A DNA stretch of 64,000 nucleotides from an uncultured Kiloniellales bacterium (GTDB lineage: Bacteria; Actinomycetota; Acidimicrobiia; Spongiisociales; UBA5794), in the NCBI GenBank assembly GCA_964196275.1, contig CAXMSN010000067.1, forward strand, positions 15,399-79,398. Direction: 5' to 3'. Below, one piece after another: positions 25,198 to 34,176 of the stretch. The notes below the pieces were generated by a model, which was not told the DNA's origin, did not search any database, and saw only the letters and a program-made list of their open reading frames with translations. Within the stretch, counting starts at the first letter, position 1, and every line of letters starts with the position of its first letter. Both the position numbers and the translations under genes were made by a program.

Positions 25198-26043
25198 TTC
25201 GTGGAATCCGCACGCACCGAAACGGAGACGCCGAACGACCCGCGTGCGCCCAAAGCTCCGTTCACGACGTTTGCCGGCCTTACCCGCCACATCACGATCG
25301 CTGGGTTTGCTGGGCTGGTGGCCGGCATCACGGTTGCAGGACTCGGGAGCAGGCTGTTCATGCGGATGGCGAGTTTCATCGCTGACGACATCGCACAGGG
25401 CCGAACCACCGAGGCAGGCTTCACCGTCGGCGAGGTGACCTTCGGAGGAACGATCGAACTCATCATCTTCATCGGGCTGTTCTCCGGATTGCTCGCGGCT
25501 GTGTTCTACGTCGCTCTCTTTCCATGGCTGGCATGGGCTGGCCCAGCGCGCGGCGTCGCCTTCGGAATGCTGGGTTTCGCGGCCACGAGCGCCACGACCG
25601 ACCTCATGAACCCGGACAACATCGACTTTGTAATCCTCAAGAACGAGCCGATCGTCGTCGCGATGATTTTCGTTCTGTTCGTCGTCTTTGGTTCCGTCTT
25701 CGACGCTGCGTACCGCGTCATCGATCGATACACGCCGGAGCCGGACCGCAACGTGAACGCCGTCTTCTACACGTTCGCCCTCATGGGCACCATGTTCGTA
25801 CTCCTCGCCGCAGTCACACTCTTCACACGCGAAAGCTGCAACTGTGATCCGCCAATGGGCGTGGCATGGTCGATGCTCGTAGCCGCCATCGCCACGATCG
25901 CGTTGTGGGTCTCTGTGCTCATCGCAAGCTCGCCGAGACGGCTCGGGCGGGCATCCACAGTCGTCGGCTATCTCGGAACAGCCGGTGTGCTGATCTTCGG
26001 CCTGATCCGCGCACTCTCGGATGCCGCTGAGATCATCGGCTGA
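25198..26043 (+). CDS. hypothetical polytopic membrane protein, tandem paralogue B
   Basis: The ORF is open from 25177. GTG-25198 is preferred (GAGGGAAGG SD, same context as paralogue A). Roughly two-thirds identical to 24292..25131 by eye. Confidence 0.7.
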   Translation, partial: FVESARTETETPNDPRAPKAPFTTFAGLTRHITIAGFAGLVAGITVAGLGSRLFMRMASFIADDIAQGRTTEAGFTVGEVTFGGTIELIIFIGLFSGLLAAVFYVALFPWLAWAGPARGVAFGMLGFAATSATTDLMNPDNIDFVILKNEPIVVAMIFVLFVVFGSVFDAAYRVIDRYTPEPDRNVNAVFYTFALMGTMFVLLAAVTLFTRESCNCDPPMGVAWSMLVAAIATIALWVSVLIASSPRRLGRASTVVGYLGTAGVLIFGLIRALSDAAEIIG

Positions 26044-26058
26044 CAGCGTGTTCCCGAC

Positions 26059-26490
26059 TCAGCCTGTGATGTAGCTCTCCAGCTGCTCGATGAGGAACTC
26101 TTGCTCCTCGATCACCGCACGCACGACATCGCCGATCGAGATCACACCCAGAAGCTTCCCTTCGTCCACGACGGGGAGGTGACGAAATCGGTTGTCCGTC
26201 ATGAGCGCCATACACGCGCCAACCGTGTCTGAGGGAGTGACGGTGACAGGGTCGGGTGTCATGATCTCGGCCACATGTGTCTCTCGAGAACTCTTGTTCT
26301 GCAACACGACCTTGCGGGCGTAGTCACGCTCAGACACGATTCCAACGAGATCCCCGTCGGTCACCACGACGAGCGCACCGATGTTCTTGTCCGCAAGCAT
26401 GGAGAGGGCATCGAACACCGACATGTCGCCAGGAACACTCCAGATGTCCTGACCCTTGAAGGCGAGAATGTTGCCAACCGTCTTCTGCAT
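26059..26490 (-). CDS. CBS-pair domain protein
   Basis: 143 aa with two CBS repeats ('..ALSMLADKNIGALVVVTDGDLVGIVSERD..', '..ALMTDNRFRHLPVVDEGKLLGVISIGD..'). Confidence 0.88.
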   Translation of the reverse strand: MQKTVGNILAFKGQDIWSVPGDMSVFDALSMLADKNIGALVVVTDGDLVGIVSERDYARKVVLQNKSSRETHVAEIMTPDPVTVTPSDTVGACMALMTDNRFRHLPVVDEGKLLGVISIGDVVRAVIEEQEFLIEQLESYITG

Positions 26491-26593
26491 GTCTCCTCCT
26501 CACATGAATGTACCAACTCCGACGGCCGCCTGCCCAACGCTCACTCTCTGACCCAGATGTACGATGAACGTATGCGCCACAGAAGGACTGACA

Positions 26594-27367
26594 ATGGAAT
26601 CTGAGAACCTCCAGTACACAGTGGACGGGAACGTCGGCTACCTCGAACTTGACCGACCCGATCGTCTCAACGCCATGTCGTTTGAAACGCTGCACGATCT
26701 TGTGACGGTCGCAGCGGAGATCGCTGCCTCAGACGTCAGGTGCCTCGTCATCTCTGGAAGCGGGACCTCGTTCTCTGCCGGTTTCGACGTCGAGTCGTTC
26801 CAGAGCGGGACCCTGTACGAGACGGAGACGGTCACCAGATACGAAGCAGCCGAACTAGGCAGCAGGATGGCCAACGCGATAGAGAACCTCCCGCAGGTGA
26901 CAGTTGCAGCGATGCATGGACATGTCGTGGGCGGGGCCGTGGTACTTGCGGCAGCATGCGACCTGAGGGTCGCTGATTCTGACACGGTGTTCTCGATCCC
27001 CGAGATCGACCTTGGCATCCCACTCGGATGGGGCGGGATCAGAAGGCTCGTTCGTGACATCGGGCCCGCACTCACCAAGGAGCTCCTCCTGACGGGTAGG
27101 CCATTCACCGCGCAGGAAGCGCGTAACGCAGGATTCCTCAACTCTGTCACTGATTCTGGCGGTGCCATGGCGACCGCACGAGAACTCGCGGAGCACATCG
27201 CGATGAAGTCGAAGTACGTGGTGGTAACGACGAAGCGACACATTGCTGAGGTGGTGGGCGGCGACACATCACGTGACGATGCGCTGAGTCTGATCGCGGG
27301 CCTTGACGACCCCGAATCTGCTCGCTTCCGTGAGGCGTACCTCGCTCGATTCGGAGACACTCCGTAG
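26594..27367 (+). CDS. enoyl-CoA hydratase/isomerase (crotonase family)
   Basis: Start ATG-26594: 'MESENLQYTVDGNVGYLELDRPDRLNAM'. Oxyanion region 'ISGSGTSFSAGFDV' and 'AAMHGHVVGGAVVLAAACDLRVA'. Confidence 0.88.
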   Translation: MESENLQYTVDGNVGYLELDRPDRLNAMSFETLHDLVTVAAEIAASDVRCLVISGSGTSFSAGFDVESFQSGTLYETETVTRYEAAELGSRMANAIENLPQVTVAAMHGHVVGGAVVLAAACDLRVADSDTVFSIPEIDLGIPLGWGGIRRLVRDIGPALTKELLLTGRPFTAQEARNAGFLNSVTDSGGAMATARELAEHIAMKSKYVVVTTKRHIAEVVGGDTSRDDALSLIAGLDDPESARFREAYLARFGDTP

Positions 27368-27382
27368 CCGGACGGGGCCGGA

Positions 27383-28624
27383 TCAGGCCAGCACGTTGTG
27401 CTCGGCAACATCGATCGGATCTCTGTCGACGGAGAAGAACTCCATCGGCACATCAGTATCGAAGTCGGCACGCTCCCCGGTGATCCACTGGGCCATCATC
27501 GAGCCGATGATCTGCGACTCCTTAAACCCATGGCCTGAGAAGCCGTTCACAACGGCGAAGCCGTCAACAGCGGTAGGTCCGACGATCGGCAGCACATCCT
27601 GCCGGTTGACGGTGTACAGACTTGCCATGCCTCCAGGGATGCCGCGATATGGGAGCGAGGGGATGCGGTGATGGAGTGCATGGATCTTCGAGTCAACAAA
27701 CGACCGGTCTGCTCGCTCAACGTAGTCGTCGGGGTCGACCTGTTCCATCTCATCCTCCTCAAGCAGTGACCCGATAATCACCTGGTCTCCGCTGGCCTCT
27801 GGCCTGAAGTAGACACCTCCCGCTGCGTCCACGGTCACAGGGATCGGGCGTGCGACGTTGGCCGGCAGGTCCCGATAGATGATCTGAACGCGGGTCGGAA
27901 CGAGATCCCACGGCACCTCCAGCCCGACCATCGCGTTGATGAGATTGCACCACGGGCCTGCCGCGTTGATCACAAGGCCAGCACTGATCTCGGAACCGTC
28001 GTCCAGTTGGACACCTGATGCTCGGCCACCGGACATGGTGACGTTCGTCACAGAGGTCCCCAGCCGAACATCGACACCTGCCTTCTTGGAGGCGATCGCA
28101 ACATCGAGAAGGGCACCGGTCGCATCGAAGAACCCGGTGTCGCGCTCGAGAAGGAATCGACCGCCGGGCGCACACTCGTGCTCGATCTCTCCGGTGAGGT
28201 CGAACGGAACCGTGCATGTCGACAATGCAGGGAAGAGCTCCGTCACCTGATCGGCATCGATGTCGACGACGTCAATGCCCTCCGCAGCGAGCCGAGTCTG
28301 ATCGGCTGCTACCGACCGTGCGTCGTCACCCATCATCCAGAGAACGCCGATGTCATGGAGCCGTCCGTTGGGTTCTGGCGCTCGCAGATACTCCGACCAA
28401 TTGCGCCAGATCACATTGCCATCTCGGGCGACCCGGATGCTCTCTGTCTTCGAGTATCGCTGACGCGTGATGGCGGACGATCCGCCGGTCGATCCCTCCC
28501 CCAAGCCGATGCCTTTCTCAAGCACAGCAACAGAGAGTTCTGACCTTCGCGCAATCTGATAGGCGATCGACATCCCCATGATGCCTCCGCCGATGATCGC
28601 CACATCGACGCTCTCGAGTCGCAC
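27383..28624 (-). CDS. FAD-dependent oxidoreductase (DAO / sarcosine-oxidase-beta-like)
   Basis: I trimmed to GTG-28624 (AGAGAGG SD): 'MRLESVDVAIIGGGIMGMSIAYQIARR' (dinucleotide fold). The longer ORF would overlap the divergent livH start. Confidence 0.8.
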   Translation of the reverse strand: MRLESVDVAIIGGGIMGMSIAYQIARRSELSVAVLEKGIGLGEGSTGGSSAITRQRYSKTESIRVARDGNVIWRNWSEYLRAPEPNGRLHDIGVLWMMGDDARSVAADQTRLAAEGIDVVDIDADQVTELFPALSTCTVPFDLTGEIEHECAPGGRFLLERDTGFFDATGALLDVAIASKKAGVDVRLGTSVTNVTMSGGRASGVQLDDGSEISAGLVINAAGPWCNLINAMVGLEVPWDLVPTRVQIIYRDLPANVARPIPVTVDAAGGVYFRPEASGDQVIIGSLLEEDEMEQVDPDDYVERADRSFVDSKIHALHHRIPSLPYRGIPGGMASLYTVNRQDVLPIVGPTAVDGFAVVNGFSGHGFKESQIIGSMMAQWITGERADFDTDVPMEFFSVDRDPIDVAEHNVLA

Positions 28625-28719
28625 ACGCACCTCTCTTGTGAACGGGCAAACCCTAGACCGACGAATGACACGCCACTTCAATCGGTCAGGTGTGTGGCTG
28701 GCGCCTACACTCTCAACCC

Positions 28720-30003
28720 GTGCCGACAAGACTCGTACGCCTCACGTTGATCGCCCTGCTGCTGTTGCTCGTGGTTGGCGGCGCCGCTCCTGCATTCGGA
28801 GCCGGCGAGGCCATCAAAGGCAGGCTGAGAGCGACATTCGAAGAGGACCGGACACCCGTCGAAGGTGTCACCATCGACGTGTCCCAGGATGGGCAGCCGA
28901 TCGGTTCAGCGGTTTCGGCGGAGGACGGGACCTGGCTCGTACCTGTCCCCGGCGCTGGCACGTATCAGGTCGAACTTGATGTATCCACACTTCCCGACGG
29001 AGTCGGCCTCACTGACCCTGAGAGGGTCATTCTCCCTGCGGTTGAGGTCGGTGAAGGCCAAGAGAAGACGGTGATATTCCGGTTGGGACCGGGAGCCTCT
29101 TCGCCAGTGTCGACGTACCAGCGAGTTGGCTCGCTCACCGTGCTCGGCCTCAAGCTAGGTGCTGTCATCGCGTTGAGCGCGATAGGGCTCTCGCTTGTCT
29201 TCCAGGTGACGGGACTCGTCAACTTCGCCCATGCGGAAATGGTCACGCTCGGTGCGATATCCGCATACCTTTTCCACGGCAGCCCCGTAGGCCCGAAATG
29301 GCCACTGGCCGTTGCCGCGATTTTCGCTGTAGCGATCGGGGCAGCGTTCGGGTTCGTCCAAGAGAAGGCTCTGTGGAAACCCTTGCGCATGAGACAAACA
29401 AGTCTCATAGCGATGATGGTCGTCTCGATCGGCTTGTCGTTTGCGATGAGGAACCTCTTCCTGATCATCTTCAACGGTGAACCCCGAGCCTTCCCCGACT
29501 TCTCGGGTCAATCACCGATCGTGGTTCTCGGCATCCCGATGGTCCCAAAGCACCTGTTCACGATCTTCGCCGCAGCCGTCATACTCGGAGGACTGGGACT
29601 CTTCCTCTCGAAGAGCCGATCAGGCACGGCGCTGCGCGCGGTTTCAGACAACAAGGATCTCGCTGAGTCCTCCGGGATCGACGTGAACAAGATCATCGCT
29701 CTCACATGGGTGCTCGCCGGCGGACTTGCGGCTACCGGAGGCGTCTTCTTCGGCCTCACCGAGACCGTCCAGTGGGACATGGGATTCCGTCTGCTGCTGC
29801 TCATCTTTGCCGCCGTCGTCCTCGGCGGCCTTGGTACGACGTACGGCGTCATCGCCGGTGCGATGGTCGTTGGGTTAGCGGTTGAGCTGAGCACGCTCTT
29901 CATCCCCAACGAGCTGAAGACAGCAGTTGGACTCATCGTTCTCATCATCATGCTCCTCGTGCGGCCTCAAGGACTTCTCGGCACCAAAGATCGGATCGGC
30001 TGA
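28720..30003 (+). CDS. livH: branched-chain amino-acid ABC transporter permease (LivH family) with N-terminal secreted beta-sandwich-like extension
   Basis: GTG-28720: 'VPTRLVRLTLIALLLLLVVGGAAPAFG' (signal). A ~110-aa extra domain follows ('..VEGVTIDVSQDGQPIGSAVSAEDGTWLVPVPGAGTYQVELD..'). The rest is the LivH core ('GLVNFAHAEMVTLGA', 'GLGTTYGVIAGAMVVG'). Confidence 0.85.
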   Translation: MPTRLVRLTLIALLLLLVVGGAAPAFGAGEAIKGRLRATFEEDRTPVEGVTIDVSQDGQPIGSAVSAEDGTWLVPVPGAGTYQVELDVSTLPDGVGLTDPERVILPAVEVGEGQEKTVIFRLGPGASSPVSTYQRVGSLTVLGLKLGAVIALSAIGLSLVFQVTGLVNFAHAEMVTLGAISAYLFHGSPVGPKWPLAVAAIFAVAIGAAFGFVQEKALWKPLRMRQTSLIAMMVVSIGLSFAMRNLFLIIFNGEPRAFPDFSGQSPIVVLGIPMVPKHLFTIFAAAVILGGLGLFLSKSRSGTALRAVSDNKDLAESSGIDVNKIIALTWVLAGGLAATGGVFFGLTETVQWDMGFRLLLLIFAAVVLGGLGTTYGVIAGAMVVGLAVELSTLFIPNELKTAVGLIVLIIMLLVRPQGLLGTKDRIG

Positions 30004-30995
30004 TGGACTGGATAGGCATCCTCACCGACGGCGCCCTCGCCACTGTTGGCCCGCTCACCGCCGCCTATGCCCTTTCCGCGGTCGGCCTCAACCTTCAGTT
30101 CGGATACGGCGGACTACTCAACTTCGGCCACGTTGCGTTCATGATGGTCGGGGCATACGGCACGGCGATAACAGTGGACCTAGGGGGTTCACTCTGGCTC
30201 GGGATCGTGGTCGGAATCCTCGCTGCCGTGCTGCTCGGGTTCCTCCTGGGACTCCCCACACTCCGCCTCAGGGCGGACTACCTCGCGATCGCCACGATCG
30301 CGGTTGCCGAGGCGCTCCGCCTCATCATTCGCTCAACCTGGGCGGCGCCGTTCACCAATGGTGTGTTCGGAATCCAAGGTTTCGCTGACGAGTTCTTTGC
30401 TCTCAATCCGTTCCCAACAGCCAAGCTGTACGGGTTCGGTTCGTTCATCGTCACCGGCAGGAAGCTGTGGGTCATGATCGTCAGCTGGATCGTCGTTCTG
30501 CTCGTGACTCTGCTCGTCAGACGCATCATTTCCAGCCCGTGGGGCCGTGCACTCAAAGCGATCCGAGAGGACGAGGACGCGGCGAGCGCCCTCGGGAAGA
30601 ACCCGTTCATGTTCAAACTTCAGGTGCTGATGCTCGGCGGTGCGATGGCAGGACTTGCAGGCATCCTGATCGGCATCGAGCAGCAGAACGTGACACCCGA
30701 TGGCTATCTACCGAAGGTGACATTCATCCTCTACGTGATCGTGATCCTCGGTGGCGCCGGCACGATCTGGGGCCCGATTCTCGGTGCGGTCGTCTTCCAG
30801 TTCCTCTTCTTCACCATCGACTCCTTCATGGTGGATTCCCAGGCCCACGTCGGATGGGTCAACGACCTGCTCTCCCCATCCGATGCCGGACAGCTCAAGC
30901 TCGTATTCGTCGGCATCGGGTTGATGCTGCTCATGATCTTCAGACCGCAGGGTCTCCTCGGAGACCGAGAGGAGACGTTGATCGATGAGCGCTGA
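30003..30995 (+). CDS. livM: branched-chain amino-acid ABC transporter permease (LivM family)
   Basis: 330 aa. 'GLNLQFGYGGLLNFGHVAFMMVGAY' and 'LRADYLAIATIAVAE'. TGATG overlap with livH. Confidence 0.88.
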   Translation: MDWIGILTDGALATVGPLTAAYALSAVGLNLQFGYGGLLNFGHVAFMMVGAYGTAITVDLGGSLWLGIVVGILAAVLLGFLLGLPTLRLRADYLAIATIAVAEALRLIIRSTWAAPFTNGVFGIQGFADEFFALNPFPTAKLYGFGSFIVTGRKLWVMIVSWIVVLLVTLLVRRIISSPWGRALKAIREDEDAASALGKNPFMFKLQVLMLGGAMAGLAGILIGIEQQNVTPDGYLPKVTFILYVIVILGGAGTIWGPILGAVVFQFLFFTIDSFMVDSQAHVGWVNDLLSPSDAGQLKLVFVGIGLMLLMIFRPQGLLGDREETLIDER

Positions 30996-31812
30996 GATCC
31001 ACGACCGATTCGCAGAGGCAACCCCGGGCTCCACCAAGCCAGACGCTGTCCTCGTCGCGGACAAAGTGAGTCGTTCCTTTGGGGGCGTTCATGCCGTGGA
31101 CGTAGACCACCTCGAAGTACAGCGACATACGGTGACATCGCTCATCGGACCCAACGGTGCCGGAAAGACGACTCTCTTCAACCTGCTCACAGGCTTCGAC
31201 AAACCGGACACAGGTAGCTGGAGCCTCGACGGCGTCGACCTGAGTAGTCAGTCGCCCCACGAGATCGCACGTGCCGGCATGGTGCGGACGTTCCAATTGA
31301 CGAGGACGCTCTCACGGCTGTCGGTGCTCGACAACATGCTTGTCGGAGCCAAGGGGAATCCTGGAGAGCGACTCAAGGGAGCATTCCTCGGTGGCTGGCG
31401 ATCAACGGAGGATCAGAACATCGAGCGGGCACACGACCTCCTCGATCGTTTCTCTCTCGCCCAGGTGACGAATGACTTCGCAGGCTCGTTGTCGGGTGGT
31501 CAGCGGAAGTTGCTGGAGATGGCGCGTGCCCTCATGGTCGAGCCGACGATCGTGATGCTCGATGAGCCCATGGCCGGCGTCAATCCCGCGCTGACGCAAT
31601 CGCTCCTTGGCCACATCACTTCGCTGAGGGACGAGGGACTGACCGTCGTGTTCGTGGAGCACGACATGGATGTCATCCAGGAGATTTCAGACTGGGTCGT
31701 GGTCCTTGCGGAGGGCAAGATCATCTCCGAGGGCACACCGGACGACATATCGCACGATCCCGAGGTCATCGATGCATACCTCGGCAAGCATCATGGGGAG
31801 GCGGCATCGTGA
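30985..31812 (+). CDS. livG: ABC transporter ATP-binding protein (LivG family)
   Basis: 275 aa. Walker A 'GPNGAGKTT', signature 'LSGGQRKLLEMA' and Walker B 'IVMLDEP'. Confidence 0.9.
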   Translation: MSAEIHDRFAEATPGSTKPDAVLVADKVSRSFGGVHAVDVDHLEVQRHTVTSLIGPNGAGKTTLFNLLTGFDKPDTGSWSLDGVDLSSQSPHEIARAGMVRTFQLTRTLSRLSVLDNMLVGAKGNPGERLKGAFLGGWRSTEDQNIERAHDLLDRFSLAQVTNDFAGSLSGGQRKLLEMARALMVEPTIVMLDEPMAGVNPALTQSLLGHITSLRDEGLTVVFVEHDMDVIQEISDWVVVLAEGKIISEGTPDDISHDPEVIDAYLGKHHGEAAS

Positions 31813-32540
31813 GCGAGAACAGGATTCTCACCGCGACAGATGTCGTCGCCGGATACCTGCCAGGTGTCGACATCCTCCAAGGCATGAGCTTGTACCTTGA
31901 CCAGGGGGAACTCGTCGGGATCATCGGACCGAACGGCGCTGGAAAGTCGACGTTCGTCAAGGCGGTGTTCGGACTTGTGGATGTTCGCTCAGGGTCTGTC
32001 ACGTTGAGGGGAGAATCGATCACGGACCTTCCTGCACACGAACTCGTCGAACGAGGAGTCGGATATGTGCCACAGCGAGGCAACGTGTTCGGGACACTCA
32101 CCGTTGAGGAGAATCTCAAGATGGGCGTCTTCCTCCGGCCGCACACGTGGGAGGAGCGGTTCGAGATCGTTGCCGATCTGTTCCCATTGCTCAACGATCG
32201 CAGGGGCCAGCGTGCAGGTCTCCTATCAGGCGGTGAGAGGCAGATGGTGGCGATGGGAAGAGCCCTGATGATGGACCCCTCGGTGCTTCTGCTTGACGAG
32301 CCATCGGCAGGGCTGTCCCCCTCGAACCAAGACATCGTCTTCGAGCGCGTACGGCGAATCGTCAACGCTGGCGTATCAGTGCTCATGGTCGAACAGAACG
32401 CACGGCGCTGTCTCCAGATCGCAGACCGCGCCTACGTCCTCGACCAGGGGCAAACTGCCCACACCGGGGCGGGAAAGGATCTGCTCCACGATCCCAAGGT
32501 CATCGAGCTGTACCTCGGAACCCTCGGCAAGGTCGATTAG
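31809..32540 (+). CDS. livF: ABC transporter ATP-binding protein (LivF family)
   Basis: 243 aa. 'GPNGAGKST', 'LSGGERQMVAMGRAL' and 'LLLLDEPS'. Confidence 0.9.
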   Translation: MSENRILTATDVVAGYLPGVDILQGMSLYLDQGELVGIIGPNGAGKSTFVKAVFGLVDVRSGSVTLRGESITDLPAHELVERGVGYVPQRGNVFGTLTVEENLKMGVFLRPHTWEERFEIVADLFPLLNDRRGQRAGLLSGGERQMVAMGRALMMDPSVLLLDEPSAGLSPSNQDIVFERVRRIVNAGVSVLMVEQNARRCLQIADRAYVLDQGQTAHTGAGKDLLHDPKVIELYLGTLGKVD

Positions 32541-32654
32541 TAGGGCAGCAGGTAGTACGTATCGGAGGTCTCCGATGCTGGGTCGTACTACGTGCTGGAT
32601 ACCTCATACGTGCTTCCAATACGTACTACGTACTGCCTGTCTTCTCCCACAAAC

Positions 32655-32688
32655 GGAAATGGGGCCCGCCGAAGCGGACCCCATTTCC
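32655..32688. terminator. bidirectional terminator hairpin between the convergent livF and SBP genes
   Basis: 'ggaaatggggcccgc-cgaa-gcggaccccatttcc': a 15-position stem with one C/A mismatch. Confidence 0.7.
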
Positions 32689-32707
32689 ATCGATTTCTGT
32701 CTTCGCG

Positions 32708-34063
32708 CTAGGCGCCCGGAGGAGCCACAGCTTGACCGTCGGTCTGTGCCGCACCGTCAGCGTCATACGTAAAGATGTCGTATGTGCCGATACCAGGCTC
32801 ACCGTCCGCACCGAAGTCCAGTGGGCCGGAAGCGCCGTCGTAGTCGATGTCTTCACCTGCGACGAGAAGGTCGTAACAGTCGCCGAAGCTCGTGCACTTC
32901 GTGCCGTCCTTCGTCACGCTGATCAGATTATTCACGTAGACCGCTGGGTCCGAGCTCTGTGCCTCTTGGGCAGCGAGCACCTCGACCAACAGGCAGTCAA
33001 AGAAGTGGGACGAGAAGATCAACGGCGTACCTGGGTACGCGGCCTCGAGGCGATCAGAGAACCCTGGGGTTCCATTCGCCGGCGAGGATGAAGGTGCCGT
33101 GCCACGAATACCGAAGAGCAGCGTTGCATCGCCACCGAGCTGATCAGCGCCGACCGAGTCCTTGAACCCGTCAGCGACGTAGATCGCGCCCTCGTATTTG
33201 CCCTGCAAGTCGAGGATCATCTGGCCACCCTCTGAGAAGGTGATCATGACGAGTGCGTCTGCACCCGATGCTGCAACCTCATCAGCGACGTCAGTGAAGG
33301 ACACTGAGTCTGGTGGGTATGCGATCTTCGAGACCTCAGCACCGTTGTCGGTCAGGAATCCCTCAAGCAGGTCGGCGAAGCCAACGCCATACGTGTCGTT
33401 CCGGTAGGCGATAACCACTGTCTCGTGGCCATCGTCCTGGACGACACTGCCAAGCAAGGGAGCTTGAAGCACGTCAGAAGGAGCAGTACGGATGTAGTAC
33501 GGATTGAACTCAGGAGCCGACAACGACGCGCCCGTGTTCGAACCCGAACACATCACGACGTTGCTGTCCTGGACCTTGTCGACGACCGCTGTCGTAACGC
33601 CGGACGCCGCCGCCCCAAGGATGCCGTTGAACGTGCCGTCGAGATACTTGTCGACGGTCACCGAACCAACCGCAGGATCCGTTCCAGAGTCGCCGTACTC
33701 AACGGTGACAAGTCCCGGAATCACAGCGTTGATCTCATCAACACCCATGCGAATTGGATTCTCAAGCGCATCGATGATGACCGCGAGGCCACCGGTCTGT
33801 GGCAGCAGGGTGCCAAGCTTGACCGGAATTGCTTCGAACTCCGGGAGCGCTTCAGTAGTCGTCGGCGCGACTGTGGTAGTGGGAGCCGCCGTTGTCGTCG
33901 GCGCCTCCGTTGTGGTCGGCGCGGCCGTGGTCGTAGGAGCAGCTTCCTCTTCGCCTTCATCACCAGAACTGGCGATGACGATGATCACGATGATGGCAAC
34001 AGCAGCCACCGCGATCCAAGGGAGCCACTTTTTAAGGTTTTCATTCACGTTGAATGCCTCCAT
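32708..34063 (-). CDS. ABC transporter substrate-binding protein (Leu/Ile/Val-binding, type I PBP fold), membrane-anchored with Thr/Pro linker
   Basis: Start ATG-34063: 'MEAFNVNENLKKWLPWIAVAAVAIIVIIVIAS', then 'APTTTAAPTTTEAPTTT..'. The body is typical of LivJ/K-type binding proteins. It is adjacent to livHMGF. Confidence 0.82.
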   Translation of the reverse strand: MEAFNVNENLKKWLPWIAVAAVAIIVIIVIASSGDEGEEEAAPTTTAAPTTTEAPTTTAAPTTTVAPTTTEALPEFEAIPVKLGTLLPQTGGLAVIIDALENPIRMGVDEINAVIPGLVTVEYGDSGTDPAVGSVTVDKYLDGTFNGILGAAASGVTTAVVDKVQDSNVVMCSGSNTGASLSAPEFNPYYIRTAPSDVLQAPLLGSVVQDDGHETVVIAYRNDTYGVGFADLLEGFLTDNGAEVSKIAYPPDSVSFTDVADEVAASGADALVMITFSEGGQMILDLQGKYEGAIYVADGFKDSVGADQLGGDATLLFGIRGTAPSSSPANGTPGFSDRLEAAYPGTPLIFSSHFFDCLLVEVLAAQEAQSSDPAVYVNNLISVTKDGTKCTSFGDCYDLLVAGEDIDYDGASGPLDFGADGEPGIGTYDIFTYDADGAAQTDGQAVAPPGA

Positions 34064-34176
34064 GTAGTTCTTGACGCACGGGACGGAGCCGCGTGCGTCA
34101 TGGGAGCGTAGCCACCACAAGGCTCGACCGACAACATGTTTCCCGATGCACACCGCTCTTGCGTTACCGTTCGACG

